A model generated the notes under the pieces. It made no database searches, was not told the origin of the DNA, and saw nothing but the letters and a program-made list of their open reading frames with translations. A DNA stretch of 49,669 nucleotides from assembly GCA_026417515.1 (NCBI GenBank), contig JAOADC010000066.1, positions 1 to 49,669 of the forward strand. Reading direction: 5' to 3'. Positions 48,665 to 49,669 of the stretch are shown in pieces (the stretch's first letter is position 1; each line of letters opens with the position of its first letter). Position numbers and translations under genes: made by a program. The DNA comes from Actinomycetota bacterium (lineage in GTDB: Bacteria; Actinomycetota; Aquicultoria; SKW223).

Positions 48665-49588
48665 ATGATGAGTAAAAATTCACGACCGAATACTAATACT
48701 GCTAAGCTTTACCTCACACTTGCTTTACTTATGGGTTTTTGGGGCTATGCATTTGTTGGTATCAAATCACTTCTTAAACAGTTAAGCCCAATGGATTTAA
48801 CTGTTCTGCGCTTCTTTTTTGTTCTTATCGCCATTGGAATATTTATGTTAGTCGAAATTACCAAAGGAAAAATTCCTCCTCGTATACATCGTAGTGATAT
48901 TTGGAAACTTGTACTTCTAGGAATCGTTGGCGTTGTCTGTTATCATCTTGCATTGAACTATGGAGAACAGTACACGCCAGCAAGTGTTGCTAGCCTGATT
49001 GTTTTTACCTCTCCAATTTTTACAGCCATATTTGCTTCCACATTTCTTGACGAGAAGATGAATTATTTTAAGGCGTTTGGTATTCTGGTTGCTCTGGTTG
49101 GTTCTGCACTCATAATCATTTCGCAGGAGAATGCCAATAGTCTTCACGGAACAAAAGCGATAATAGGATCTCTAATTGTATTTATTTCGCCACTTTCGTG
49201 GGCACTTTACACTATTTTTGGCAGGAGTATTGGAGGATCTCTTAAAGGTATAAGCAGGCTTTATTACTCGATGTACACGATGATGTTTGGCAGTCTCATA
49301 CTTATGCTTTTCTTAAGGCCTTCAACAATCGATGCGCTCTTAAAACTATCGCTTTCTAACTGGATCAATTTGATAGTTCTTTCTATATTTTCAAGTTTTT
49401 TTGGATATATAATCTGGGTTCAGGCGCTTGAACATCTTGAAGCAACAAAAGTCAGTGCCTTCCTGTACTTGATTCCTATTTATACAATGATATTCTCAAT
49501 CTGGATTTTAGGTGAGCGTCTGAACTTTCTTTCAATAATGGGTGCCCTAGCTGTTTTTCTCGGAGTTTTTCTAATTGAGAGATATTGA
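48665..49588 (+). CDS. DMT/EamA family transporter
   Basis: WGYAFV.IK, LRF, two EamA repeats, about 10 TM, LGE. Confidence 0.92.
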   Translation: MMSKNSRPNTNTAKLYLTLALLMGFWGYAFVGIKSLLKQLSPMDLTVLRFFFVLIAIGIFMLVEITKGKIPPRIHRSDIWKLVLLGIVGVVCYHLALNYGEQYTPASVASLIVFTSPIFTAIFASTFLDEKMNYFKAFGILVALVGSALIIISQENANSLHGTKAIIGSLIVFISPLSWALYTIFGRSIGGSLKGISRLYYSMYTMMFGSLILMLFLRPSTIDALLKLSLSNWINLIVLSIFSSFFGYIIWVQALEHLEATKVSAFLYLIPIYTMIFSIWILGERLNFLSIMGALAVFLGVFLIERY

Positions 49589-49669
49589 GATTGGTGGAAA
49601 TCTTAATCTTTAACCACAAACTTCCTTTAAAAAATCCGATTATTCTAACGCACAATTGAAGAAATAAAT

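Noticed and set aside
1-49669. CRISPR arrays, rRNA, IS elements or prophage genes
   Set aside because: No periodic repeats, transposase, integrase or phage-like ORFs seen; intergenic gaps are all short

Overview
AT-rich bacterial chromosomal segment (roughly 35-40% GC by eye). The gene order looks actinobacterial: yebC-ruvCAB; pgsA-DUF881-DUF1290-DUF881; pyrR-B-C-carAB-pyrK-D-F; mIHF-gmk-rpoZ-coaBC-metK-priA-def-fmt; FMN riboswitch-ribD-E-BA-H; gltX...tRNA-Gln(CTG)...tRNA-Glu(CTC). This suggests a deep-branching low-GC Actinomycetota lineage (inference). The standout is a compact RiPP-like locus on the minus strand just after ruvB (2891-5485). It has an unannotated 39-aa Cys-rich precursor (MPAWCTGCAACAACSLAAVWCGTRYAATSSLSVAGLTAW, 5366-5485) with thurincin H-like CxxCxxCxxC spacing and almost no leader. 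Next come an AlbA-like RRE-radical SAM-SPASM maturase and a second, atypical radical SAM enzyme. There is no peptidase, and an odd NitT/TauT-like ABC module with degenerate ATPase motifs lies upstream. Other accessory items: a very AT-rich methyltransferase plus putative nuclease pair after tRNA-Gln, a His-motif membrane protein, a MarR-linked ABC-2 exporter with a candidate operator, a GGDEF protein, an unannotated 29-aa membrane peptide, a PyrR attenuator and a CIRCE-like palindrome before an FmdB-family gene. All family assignments come from motif reading and recollection; no searches were run.
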